Source: an uncultured virus (IMG/VR IMGVR_UViG_3300042465_006787)
Lineage: Duplodnaviria > Heunggongvirae > Uroviricota > Caudoviricetes
IMG/VR virus record: IMGVR_UViG_3300042465_006787
Strand: one strand, 5' to 3'
Length of the DNA: 20,000 bases
The notes beneath the pieces are model-generated. The model searched no databases. It was not told where the DNA came from and was given only the letters and a program-made list of their open reading frames with translations. The position numbers and the translations under genes were made by a program. Positions 1 through 7,822 of the stretch are shown piece by piece (position 1 is the stretch's first letter; every line of letters starts with the position of its first letter).

Positions 1-274
1 CAAAATAAATCTTTAAAATTTCTGTTGTGTCAACTGGTGTTAATACCTGTACCTCTACTCTTTTTTCAACCTCTACCTCAACTGGAACCTCAATTTCAAT
101 TTCTACCTCAATTAAACTATCCACTGATATTGTATCGTGTACGGCATAACCTATTGAATCAACCCTTGTGATTGTTCTATTTGGTAAATGCCCGCCTGGA
201 TTGTAAAAAGCCAAGAATAATAAAATTATTAAAATAACAATAATAAAATTCTTGGCTGTTAAATGTTTTTTCAT
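1..274 (-). CDS. Partial membrane-anchored protein (N-terminal TM, EVEV-rich stalk), runs off the window edge
   Basis: Not in the ORF track. Manual translation from ATG at 274 gives MKKHLTAKNFIIVILIILLFLAFYNPGG...VDSIGYAVHDTISVDSLIEVEIEIEVPVEVEVEK..., open to position 1. It starts 1 nt after the stop of 276..701. Confidence 0.85.
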   Translation of the reverse strand, partial: MKKHLTAKNFIIVILIILLFLAFYNPGGHLPNRTITRVDSIGYAVHDTISVDSLIEVEIEIEVPVEVEVEKRVEVQVLTPVDTTEILKIYF

Positions 275-275
275 A

Positions 276-701
276 TTACTTAATCAATAATATACTAGTA
301 GCAATTATCCCGACATAAGTTCCAACTTTATATAAAAATGTTTTGGTTCTTTGCCCTTTAAGTTCTTTTAATAAACTTTCAGATTTTTGTCTTTCTAAAC
401 CAAACTGTTCATCTTTCTTAGAAATAATAACTTCTAAGTTTGTTATTTTTTGGTCTTTTAAAGTGTCTTTTTGTTTAAACAAACCAATTTGTTCGTCTTT
501 TAGTGTTATTACTTTATTTAACTCAATAATTTCTAACTTAGCACCGTCGTAACGAAGCAAATCTTGAAATACTAATCTAGCAACTTTTGTTGTTATAGTA
601 ACTTTAGTAGTATCTAATACAATAACTTTAGTTGTATCTGTTTGCGAATAACTGCTCAAGCTCAACATTACCAATAGTAGTAATAGAATTAACTTTTTCA
701 T
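276..701 (-). CDS. Secreted coiled-coil protein with C-terminal hydrophobic anchor (possible spanin-like)
   Basis: Signal peptide MKKLILLLLLVMLSLSSYS|Q, heptad-rich middle and hydrophobic C-terminus (VGTYVGIIATSILLIK). Function is inferred. Confidence 0.7.
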   Translation of the reverse strand: MKKLILLLLLVMLSLSSYSQTDTTKVIVLDTTKVTITTKVARLVFQDLLRYDGAKLEIIELNKVITLKDEQIGLFKQKDTLKDQKITNLEVIISKKDEQFGLERQKSESLLKELKGQRTKTFLYKVGTYVGIIATSILLIK

Positions 702-963
702 CTGTGTTGTTTTTAATAATAGTTATGTTTTTTGTCACGTTGTCGATATCTTTATCAACATTAACAATGTGATTATCAACTTTTTCGATTTGATTGTCTA
801 TTTCTTTGTTTGCAATATAAACCGAATCAATTTCCTTTTGTAAGGATTCAATTTTAGCGTTATAACCCGCAACGTCAGTTTTTATACCTTGATTTTGAAA
901 TATGGTATAGCCAGCCAAACAAGCAATCAAAACTAATAGGATGTTTGTTTTATCAATCTTCAT
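628..963 (-). CDS. N-terminal TM plus coiled-coil protein (possible inner-membrane spanin-like)
   Basis: Start moved to ATG 963 (MKIDKTNILLVLIACLAGYTIF), because the track start at 999 lies inside a terminator hairpin. A long coiled coil follows, and the ORF overlaps the next gene by 74 nt. Confidence 0.7.
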   Translation of the reverse strand: MKIDKTNILLVLIACLAGYTIFQNQGIKTDVAGYNAKIESLQKEIDSVYIANKEIDNQIEKVDNHIVNVDKDIDNVTKNITIIKNNTDEKVNSITTIGNVELEQLFANRYN

Positions 964-977
964 ATTATCTGTTTTAT

Positions 978-985
978 TATAAATA
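978..985 (-). promoter_or_regulatory. TATTTATA putative phage late-promoter motif
   Basis: 14 nt upstream of ATG 963. The same motif recurs before several other gene starts. Confidence 0.55.
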
Positions 986-986
986 C

Positions 987-1009
987 AAAGAGGTCGCAAA
1001 AGCGACCTC
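987..1009 (-). terminator. Intrinsic terminator after the zinc-ribbon gene
   Basis: Perfect 8-bp stem GAGGTCGC-TTTT-GCGACCTC (990-997/1002-1009), followed by TTTGTATTT on the minus strand. Confidence 0.75.
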
Positions 1010-1014
1010 AGAGT

Positions 1015-1028
1015 TAGACCTTGTGATT
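1015..1028. repeat. Left arm of a 14-bp inverted repeat flanking ORF 1035..1874
   Basis: TAGACCTTGTGATT matches the reverse complement of 1955-1968 (TAGACCTTGTGGTT) at 13/14 positions. Confidence 0.85.
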
Positions 1029-1034
1029 AGTTTA

Positions 1035-1874
1035 TTAGTATTTTGTGCCACATTGTGGGCAGAACTTATATGTGTCTTTTTTCCTTCTACTGCCACATTC
1101 AGTGCAATATGTAGCCAAATCATCCATTGTTACCAATTGAGTTGATTTGGGTTTTATTTTCCACCAATTTGTGTTAGACGCCCAACTATTGAAAGATGTA
1201 CTATCGTATGTAAAGGATTGATTAGAATTGGAACCCTTTTCAACTCTACCTGTTTCAACCTGTCTTTTAGATTTTTTAACCTTATCGGGGTTGTTTAAGA
1301 ATGTATTTGAGGTACTAAACGTTCCACTTGTTAAAGATGAATTGGAAGTATAAACCGCATTTGTTCCCGTTGTTGTAATACTAGTAGGATTAAATGTATT
1401 CATACCTAAAGTATTATGTGTAGTGTAGGTAAATGGTGTCCCCGTGTTGTTTATCCAACCTGGGTTAGATATCGTTAACGTGCCTGAATTACCGCTATAA
1501 TATGTCGGTGGAGGCGTTTCGTTATAGAACTTAATAACCACATCACCATTATCAGCAATTGCTTCTTGTACTTCTAAATTATCACCATTTACAACATATG
1601 TTTCAAATAAAAACTTCTTTGCCTCATCAAGATATCTTTCGAGGAAAACGCGTTCACCTGGACGAATTATAATACCATTACCAACGGCATTACCATTCAT
1701 CTCAATTTTTGCTAAAACTTTATTGTGTGTTGGATTAAAAAGTTCGATTTCGAACTCATCACCGTTATTAAGATATACGGTGTCAATGTGCTGTTTTAAT
1801 CTTTGTTTACCTTTAGTAATGAAAGATTGTGGTACAGCAAGACCAGTTGTGTTAACTGAAATTCTTCTGTTCAT
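1035..1874 (-). CDS. Hypothetical protein: beta-rich N-terminal domain, T/N/S-rich linker, C-terminal zinc ribbon
   Basis: Start moved to ATG 1874 (MNRRISV, preceded by AAGGAA). The C-terminus has CTECG...CPQCG. Confidence 0.8.
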   Translation of the reverse strand: MNRRISVNTTGLAVPQSFITKGKQRLKQHIDTVYLNNGDEFEIELFNPTHNKVLAKIEMNGNAVGNGIIIRPGERVFLERYLDEAKKFLFETYVVNGDNLEVQEAIADNGDVVIKFYNETPPPTYYSGNSGTLTISNPGWINNTGTPFTYTTHNTLGMNTFNPTSITTTGTNAVYTSNSSLTSGTFSTSNTFLNNPDKVKKSKRQVETGRVEKGSNSNQSFTYDSTSFNSWASNTNWWKIKPKSTQLVTMDDLATYCTECGSRRKKDTYKFCPQCGTKY

Positions 1875-1894
1875 TTCCTTATATTTTTTTGTAT

Positions 1895-1968
1895 TTGAAC
1901 CCGAATTCGTTGGTATCAATTCCAACTCAAATGCCTCTGGGACACTTCGACTTCAACCACAAGGTCTA
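1895..1968 (-). ncRNA. Structured 5' leader RNA (three-way junction), candidate cis-regulatory element
   Basis: Outer stem UUGAAGUCGAA/UUCGGGUUCAA (1946-1956/1895-1905) encloses hairpins GUGUC-CCAGA-GGCAU and GUUGG-AAUUGAUA-CCAAC. The region is GC-richer than other intergenic DNA. Folded by eye only. Confidence 0.5.
1955..1968. repeat. Right arm of the 14-bp inverted repeat
   Basis: AACCACAAGGTCTA, inverted partner of 1015-1028. Confidence 0.85.
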
Positions 1969-1970
1969 GA

Positions 1971-1980
1971 AATAAATATA
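1971..1980 (-). promoter_or_regulatory. Putative promoter (overlapping TATATTTA and TATTTATT motifs)
   Basis: Lies directly downstream of the clpP terminator and 2 nt upstream of the inverted-repeat arm. Confidence 0.5.
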
Positions 1981-1991
1981 AGGGAATAAAT

Positions 1992-2022
1992 AAAAAAAGG
2001 GAAGTTAAAAACTTCCCTTTTT
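1992..2022 (-). terminator. Intrinsic terminator after clpP (bidirectional shape)
   Basis: AAAAAGGGAAGTT-aaa-AACTTCCCTTTTT stem with A/T tracts on both sides. Confidence 0.85.
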
Positions 2023-2052
2023 GTTGAAACCAAAATGTTGAATAAATTAACC

Positions 2053-2724
2053 CTATTTTCTTTTGACAACTTCGTCAATAATACCGTATGCTAAAGCATC
2101 TTCAGAACTCAACCAGAGATCCCTAGACGCATCTTGTTTAACTTGTTCACCTGTTTTACCACAATAACCACCCAATAGGTCAAATAATGTGTTATTTAAT
2201 TTATCCCACTCAACCATATCAATCTTAGCATCTTGAATGTTACCTCTAAAACCTCCAGATGATTGGTGTAACATTGTTCTTGAGAATCTCAATGAACCGC
2301 GTTTTCCCTTCGTTCCTGCCCCTAAAAGGATTGAACCCATAGATGCAGCCATTCCAGTATTAATCGTCCTAATATCGGACTTAATGTAATCCATAACATC
2401 AACCATTGATAAACCAGATTTAACGCTTCCGCCTGGGGTATCGATATGCATAGTTATGTCATTAGTATCTAAACTGTCCAAGAACATTAACTGTGCTTGA
2501 GTTATAACCGACATATTATCATTAACCTCACCGGCCACCCAAATAATTCTTTCCATCATTAAACGTGAAAACACATCCATTTGTGTAACGTTCAGTTGTC
2601 TTTCCTCTAAGACGTATGGAGTTAAACTACCCTCAATATTTTTTTGATGATAATGCATGTTTAAGGAACTAATTCCGCGGTCTTTTGCGTACAAACCGAA
2701 ATCTTTGTAATCTTTGGGTGTCAT
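2053..2724 (-). CDS. clpP: ATP-dependent Clp protease proteolytic subunit
   Basis: MDVFSRLMMERII, AQLMFL, PGGSV, GMAASMGS (catalytic Ser), MLHQ (His) and RDLWLS (Asp). Confidence 0.97.
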   Translation of the reverse strand: MTPKDYKDFGLYAKDRGISSLNMHYHQKNIEGSLTPYVLEERQLNVTQMDVFSRLMMERIIWVAGEVNDNMSVITQAQLMFLDSLDTNDITMHIDTPGGSVKSGLSMVDVMDYIKSDIRTINTGMAASMGSILLGAGTKGKRGSLRFSRTMLHQSSGGFRGNIQDAKIDMVEWDKLNNTLFDLLGGYCGKTGEQVKQDASRDLWLSSEDALAYGIIDEVVKRK

Positions 2725-2747
2725 GGTAGATTTAATTTAGTATGGAA

Positions 2748-2755
2748 CAAATATA
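2748..2755 (-). promoter_or_regulatory. Bacteroidota-type -7 promoter element TATATTTG upstream of clpP
   Basis: Exact match to the TAnnTTTG consensus, 23 nt before the ATG. Confidence 0.6.
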
Positions 2756-2793
2756 CTTAAAAATCCCCGTAATAAAAAACAATGTTTTTCTAA

Positions 2794-2801
2794 TATTTAT
2801 T
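2794..2801 (+). promoter_or_regulatory. TATTTATT putative late-promoter motif
   Basis: Directly upstream of ATGs 2805 and 2814. Its strand follows the plus-strand gene. Confidence 0.5.
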
Positions 2802-2804
2802 GTT

Positions 2805-3620
2805 ATGATTAAAATGTCCAAAATTATACGTGAAATTGAGGTTGGTGGGTTACCTAGTGAAAAACTTTTAGATTGGTTTTTAAAAAGAGTTAACCACACT
2901 TTTGTCTTTTTTGATACCGAAACCACCGGTTTAGATCGTAACCCAGCAGGTAGACCTGCTAACCAATTAACACAAATCGCAGCAATTGCGACTCAAATAA
3001 ATGGTGAGACATTAAGATTTTTTGAATTAGGTAGATTTAATATTGGTATTAAATTAAATGACGAAACTCTTCAACAGATGACTACCGAGCCAGACGCTCC
3101 AGAAGATGAAGAAAGTGACGAATATAAAAGATGGTTATTTAACACTAAAAAGGGCATTCTAAAATTTAATCACTATGATTTAGCAAATAGCGAATCATAT
3201 GAAGAAGAAAGAAACGCATTAGAAAAGTTTGATGAGTTTTTAAAAGAACATGAAAACGTTACTTTAATTGCACACAACGCACCATTTGATTTAAAATGGA
3301 TTCAATTCCACGAGATTTTTAAAGATAGCACCGATGAGATGATAGATAGTATCAATTTCTTTAAAAACTTCTTCTTCCCAATATTAAACACAATATCAAA
3401 AGATAACCCTGATTATCAAGCTAAACTAGATAAGTTCCCAGGCAAAGAAGGTGGTGCTAAATCAAATGCGTTAAAATCTTTAGCCACTGGGTTTGATGAT
3501 GAGATAAATCAATTAAAGAAAAAACTCCAAGGTGCTCACAATGCTGTAGTAGATTGTGAAATCACGATGGAGATTTTTGAAAGAGGTTTATTAACCGTTT
3601 ATCGTTACTTAAACGATTAG
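2805..3620 (+). CDS. DEDDh 3'-5' exonuclease (DnaQ/epsilon-like)
   Basis: ExoI FFDTETTG, ExoII IAHNAPFD and ExoIII AHNAVVD. Start is probably 2805 (or 2814) rather than 2742. Confidence 0.9.
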   Translation: MIKMSKIIREIEVGGLPSEKLLDWFLKRVNHTFVFFDTETTGLDRNPAGRPANQLTQIAAIATQINGETLRFFELGRFNIGIKLNDETLQQMTTEPDAPEDEESDEYKRWLFNTKKGILKFNHYDLANSESYEEERNALEKFDEFLKEHENVTLIAHNAPFDLKWIQFHEIFKDSTDEMIDSINFFKNFFFPILNTISKDNPDYQAKLDKFPGKEGGAKSNALKSLATGFDDEINQLKKKLQGAHNAVVDCEITMEIFERGLLTVYRYLND

Positions 3621-5959
3621 TAATTAATTTTAGGTGTTATGTAGTCGATTGATGATATATTATCATCTTTCTTCACCATAATAATATTATCCGACCAGTT
3701 TCTAATTAATGGGTTGTGTGAGATAACAAATATATGTTCGAAATAATTCTTAATCTTTTTAAAGAACTCACCAACCATTTCTAAATTTTCATCAGCTATC
3801 TTACCAAATACCTCATCCATTACCACTATGTTTGGTTTAGGTAACGAGGATACTTTAGTTAATACACTTCTTAACGCTAGTGACGATATTGTTCTTTCAT
3901 AACCAGATCCGGAGTTAAGTGGTTTAACTACTCTGGTTTCATTATCAATCATGATAAATTCAACTTCGTTCTTATCGTTAATGTTCAACTCTAGTGTGAA
4001 GTATGAACTATCTAATAGTAATCGAGACAACTCTTGATTTAGAAGTGGTATCATATTTTTTAATATGACTTTTGAAATACCATTCTTACCAAATACCATT
4101 AAGTATGTTTTAAACACTTGTAAGTATTCTTCCTCGCCCTTAATTTTTTCAATCAACTTAATATTGTTTTCAATCTTTTCTTTAAGATTGGTAATATTAT
4201 TTTTATGTCTTTCAATATTATTTAAGGTTTGTTGGATATCAGCATTTGCTGTTTCAATCTTAGTTCTTAAAGTGATGATTTCTGCCTCAATCTTTTGGTT
4301 GTTTTCCAATTTAGATTTGTTACTATCATAACGGTCTAACTTTGATTGTTTAGAATCAATTTCAACTTGTTTTTGTTCAACCTCTAATTCGAATCTACTT
4401 TTACGAAGTTTGTTTCTTTCGTATTCGTCATATTCTTTTTTAATCGCAGCATATAACTTTTCAGCGTCGTTTGCTTCGGTGTATTGAGATTTTAGTTCTG
4501 TTTGTTTATCCTTTAAACCCTCAATTTCCTTTTTAATTTTTTCAATCTCACTAGTGTGGTCAACCTCATCTAACGCTCTATGACATGTTGGACATACACT
4601 ACCTTTCTCTAATTGATTAACTAAATTTTCATTACGTGTAATAGTTTCACTCACGAGCTTACCATCAACAACAATTGAATTAACTTTGTCTTTTAGTTTA
4701 TCGTGTTCTTCATCCAAATAATACTGCGATGGTTCTACAACACTTACATCATTGCCTTGAGTTTTGCTAGATGTTTGAAGACGCTTAAGATCCTCAATCT
4801 CTCTTTGCAACAAGGTTGGGTTAGTTCTTATAAGGTCATCATCAATGTCGTTATTTTTTTGACCCAATATTAAATCTCGTCTATCTTCTAGATTTTTTAA
4901 TGTATCTTTAAACCCATCTAAAGAAACCCCTAAATCAGTAATTTGTGTGTTAGAATTCCCAATTGAATCTTCAAACGTTTTAATCTGATCATCTAAATCT
5001 GTTTTGTTATTTGTATTTGAAACCAACTTCTTACTCCATTCGCTATACATTTCTTTAGCAATATCCTCTTTTTGTTTTAAGGATTCTAACCCAAGAAATT
5101 TAGTGATGATTTGTCCTCTAGCAGTTGGTTTACTTTCAATAAGTTCTTCTAAGTTATAACCAGTTGTTAAAATTGTAGATAAGAAATCTTCTTCAGTTCC
5201 AATAGCGGATGTAATTAATATCTCTGTCTCTCTTCTTTGTTCACCAGATAAATTAATCAATTCGCCTTCTGGTGATTTCTTAAAGAACTCCAAATCATTT
5301 TTAACCGTGTATTCACCTGACTTACTTTTTTTGCGAGTAATAGTTCTACTGATAAGATAATCATCACCATCAATTGTAACCTCACCTTTTACCTTAACTT
5401 CATCTGAATCGGAAAACTTGTTGAATATCTCTCCGTTAGTTTTTGTTTTGGTTGTTGAATTAAAGAACAAAAACATCAATAAATCAACAGTTGCGGTTGA
5501 CTTACCACCAAAATTTTTAGGTGTTGATTCAATTACTGTGATGCCGTCTAAATCCGTAAAATCAATTACGTTCCCTTCACCATAGGATAGGAAGTTTGAG
5601 AATTCAACCTTTTTAATAAACCATTTATTATATCTAACCTTGTTCTGATTTAATTTATCAATTTCACCATTAACACGGTCATCTAAACGATTTATAAAAT
5701 CCCATTTAATTGTTGACTGGTTCTCAGTTAAGAACTCCTTTACCAAGTTTTTTTGATATTGAGGGTCCAATATATTATCAGACGCCTCTAACGATTTCAA
5801 CTTCGCATTGGATGAGTTGTTGATTGTCTTTGTAACAATCTTAACATTCGTGCTATTGTATTTGTTTTGGAAATACGATTTAACACGTTTGATTCTTTCT
5901 TGGGTAAGATTCTCTGGAGTATCTTCCCACTCAACTTTAATAAAAGGGTTATTATACAT
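3617..5959 (-). CDS. SbcC/Rad50/T4 gp46-like recombination ATPase with ~112-aa N-terminal extension
   Basis: FSNFLSYG, Walker A-like NFGGKST, coiled coils around zinc hook CPTC, signature-like SGYE, Walker B VVMDE and H-loop VISH. Confidence 0.93.
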   Translation of the reverse strand: MYNNPFIKVEWEDTPENLTQERIKRVKSYFQNKYNSTNVKIVTKTINNSSNAKLKSLEASDNILDPQYQKNLVKEFLTENQSTIKWDFINRLDDRVNGEIDKLNQNKVRYNKWFIKKVEFSNFLSYGEGNVIDFTDLDGITVIESTPKNFGGKSTATVDLLMFLFFNSTTKTKTNGEIFNKFSDSDEVKVKGEVTIDGDDYLISRTITRKKSKSGEYTVKNDLEFFKKSPEGELINLSGEQRRETEILITSAIGTEEDFLSTILTTGYNLEELIESKPTARGQIITKFLGLESLKQKEDIAKEMYSEWSKKLVSNTNNKTDLDDQIKTFEDSIGNSNTQITDLGVSLDGFKDTLKNLEDRRDLILGQKNNDIDDDLIRTNPTLLQREIEDLKRLQTSSKTQGNDVSVVEPSQYYLDEEHDKLKDKVNSIVVDGKLVSETITRNENLVNQLEKGSVCPTCHRALDEVDHTSEIEKIKKEIEGLKDKQTELKSQYTEANDAEKLYAAIKKEYDEYERNKLRKSRFELEVEQKQVEIDSKQSKLDRYDSNKSKLENNQKIEAEIITLRTKIETANADIQQTLNNIERHKNNITNLKEKIENNIKLIEKIKGEEEYLQVFKTYLMVFGKNGISKVILKNMIPLLNQELSRLLLDSSYFTLELNINDKNEVEFIMIDNETRVVKPLNSGSGYERTISSLALRSVLTKVSSLPKPNIVVMDEVFGKIADENLEMVGEFFKKIKNYFEHIFVISHNPLIRNWSDNIIMVKKDDNISSIDYITPKINY

Positions 5960-6905
5960 TTTGTGTTTCCTTTGGAATATAGGTTAAAGAAATGATATTT
6001 TGTCCTGTGTAATTAATTGTCATCACATTTTCATATAATGATGCCGGGTTTTGCGTAATATCTTCTGGTAATTCATTACCACTGTAACCACCATATTTGT
6101 GGCTATTAAGTTTAATATTCTTATCCATGTTTATTTTAGTAAAATCCATACCTAAGTTTTGGAATGGTAAAGATAAGTGATTTAATTTCTCTTTTACCAA
6201 AGATAAACGAGTTTCTTCGTCAATATTTTTACTGTTTAAACGTTTATTAAAGAATTCATAACCACCAAACATTTTTTTTGCTTCGTTTAATAAGCGTTCT
6301 GTGTCTTTTGAGAAACTGAATTTTTTAAATAACACCTTTAAAAACTTATCCTGGAATAAATCGTTTTTAAATAATTTATCTGCCCAGTTCTTAAAGTTTG
6401 TGGGGTATTTGTTTACCGTATTATATACCGCATCTGAAATATACAGAAGTTGTAATAACTCTTTTGATTCAAATAACTCAGGAAGATTTAATTCTTCTGA
6501 ATATAACTCAATTAGATAATGTGCGGTACCAAACGGGTACTTACCAGTATATTCTTTTACGGTTACACCAAACTGATAGTTAGGGTTTAAACAATTAACC
6601 AATCTGTCTTTAATTTCCTCGTAAACTTTAGGGCTTGTAATGTTATTATGATTACCAACAGATAATACATCTGGTAAGAACATTTCAACGTCAACAAAAA
6701 CATAATCACTTAACTTGTCGTTTTCATCGATACCATAAATGTTGTTATATAAATCCGATACACCAACAACATCTAATCCTGTTAATCTACTAATAATAAA
6801 CGCGGAATATAATCCGTCAGGGTCTAACTGTGCTATAATACCTTTTTTGGTTTTAGCAGTTTCCAACCATTTAATTTTTTTTACTTCAAATTCACTTGAT
6901 GTCAT
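5952..6905 (-). CDS. Hypothetical protein, distant DHH-phosphoesterase-like
   Basis: LDPDGLYSA (DxDG motif), FVD and GNH resemble DHH motifs, followed by LNPN and KYPFGTAH. The family call is weak. Confidence 0.5.
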   Translation of the reverse strand: MTSSEFEVKKIKWLETAKTKKGIIAQLDPDGLYSAFIISRLTGLDVVGVSDLYNNIYGIDENDKLSDYVFVDVEMFLPDVLSVGNHNNITSPKVYEEIKDRLVNCLNPNYQFGVTVKEYTGKYPFGTAHYLIELYSEELNLPELFESKELLQLLYISDAVYNTVNKYPTNFKNWADKLFKNDLFQDKFLKVLFKKFSFSKDTERLLNEAKKMFGGYEFFNKRLNSKNIDEETRLSLVKEKLNHLSLPFQNLGMDFTKINMDKNIKLNSHKYGGYSGNELPEDITQNPASLYENVMTINYTGQNIISLTYIPKETQNV

Positions 6906-6925
6906 TTTTTGTTATTTTATTTATA

Positions 6926-7243
6926 TTATTTTATTCTACTTTCTTCAAAAAATTCAACTATTCCGTTTATAGCCCAGACGATGCCGGCCGTATACATACC
7001 ATCAAAAAATATTGCTGGAATCCAATTAATGTCAAATATTTTAGTTGACAGCCCGCCCAAAACTAATGATAAGAAAAATCCGCACCAAGTTGATGTACAA
7101 AGCATACAACCAACAAGATCTCCAAAAAATTTTGAGTGTCTCTTAATGAACTCCCTAGGTTTATCGAATATTGATCCGTAAACAATTATTGTTGTCATAC
7201 CGTAAGCCATAAAAGCCCAGAAAAATAATAATGTCATATTCAT
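6926..7243 (-). CDS. Small membrane protein with CxxCxxxW (DUF1360-like)
   Basis: Three hydrophobic segments and GCMLCTSTW. Confidence 0.65.
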   Translation of the reverse strand: MNMTLLFFWAFMAYGMTTIIVYGSIFDKPREFIKRHSKFFGDLVGCMLCTSTWCGFFLSLVLGGLSTKIFDINWIPAIFFDGMYTAGIVWAINGIVEFFEESRIK

Positions 7244-7252
7244 ATGTTTTTA

Positions 7253-7260
7253 CTAATATA
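7253..7260 (-). promoter_or_regulatory. TATATTAG, -7-like promoter element
   Basis: 9 nt upstream of ATG 7243. An identical octamer occurs at 10396 and 10501. Confidence 0.5.
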
Positions 7261-7300
7261 CTTTATTTACCACATAATAAAAAATAACCGTTGCCCGATT

Positions 7301-7822
7301 TTATTCGCCATACAAGTCATTTAAGTCGCTGTTTTTAAGGTACTTGGCTTTACCCATCTTATTCAACGCTGTGGTTATTTTATTTAAATCATTTGTGAGT
7401 TTTTGATTTTCCTCTGTTAGTTTTTGAATTGTTTTATCCTTTTCAACATCTGGGATTATTTTATCTACAAAGACCTCTTTAATAACTTCTTTAGTTACAA
7501 TTTGAGTTTCCCCTTTCGTTTTAACTGGAACTTCTTTTATAATTTCCACAATTTTCTCAACAGGTATTTCTTTGATGACTTCTACTAATTTCACCACCTC
7601 TACAATCTTTTCAACAATTACTTCTTTGATAACTTCCTTCTCCACAATTTTCTCTTTACCCTGTACCCCATTAGGGGTTTCACCGTACTTGATGATTGAG
7701 AAACCTTGATTAAATATTCTTTTAGCAAATGATTGTTGATCCTCTATATTGTTGAGTTTGCAGTATTGTATAAAATCATCATCCAAGATTAACGAGATGC
7801 TCTTTTTGCTCTTCGATATCAT
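7301..7822 (-). CDS. Hypothetical protein with EVIKEV/VEKIVE repeats and C-terminal coiled coil
   Basis: Low-complexity K/E/V/I repeats. It overlaps the upstream nuclease gene by 44 nt, so the start is uncertain. Confidence 0.7.
   Translation of the reverse strand: MISKSKKSISLILDDDFIQYCKLNNIEDQQSFAKRIFNQGFSIIKYGETPNGVQGKEKIVEKEVIKEVIVEKIVEVVKLVEVIKEIPVEKIVEIIKEVPVKTKGETQIVTKEVIKEVFVDKIIPDVEKDKTIQKLTEENQKLTNDLNKITTALNKMGKAKYLKNSDLNDLYGE

Noticed and set aside
1895..1956. Hammerhead ribozyme (UGA-stem-GAA resemblance)
   Set aside because: The core reads CAUUUGA and GAAU rather than CUGANGA and GAAA, so essential residues are missing.
1015..1968. IS element, invertible segment or retron suggested by the inverted repeat
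   Set aside because: There is no transposase, recombinase or reverse transcriptase motif in the ORF or window, and no target-site duplication is evident.
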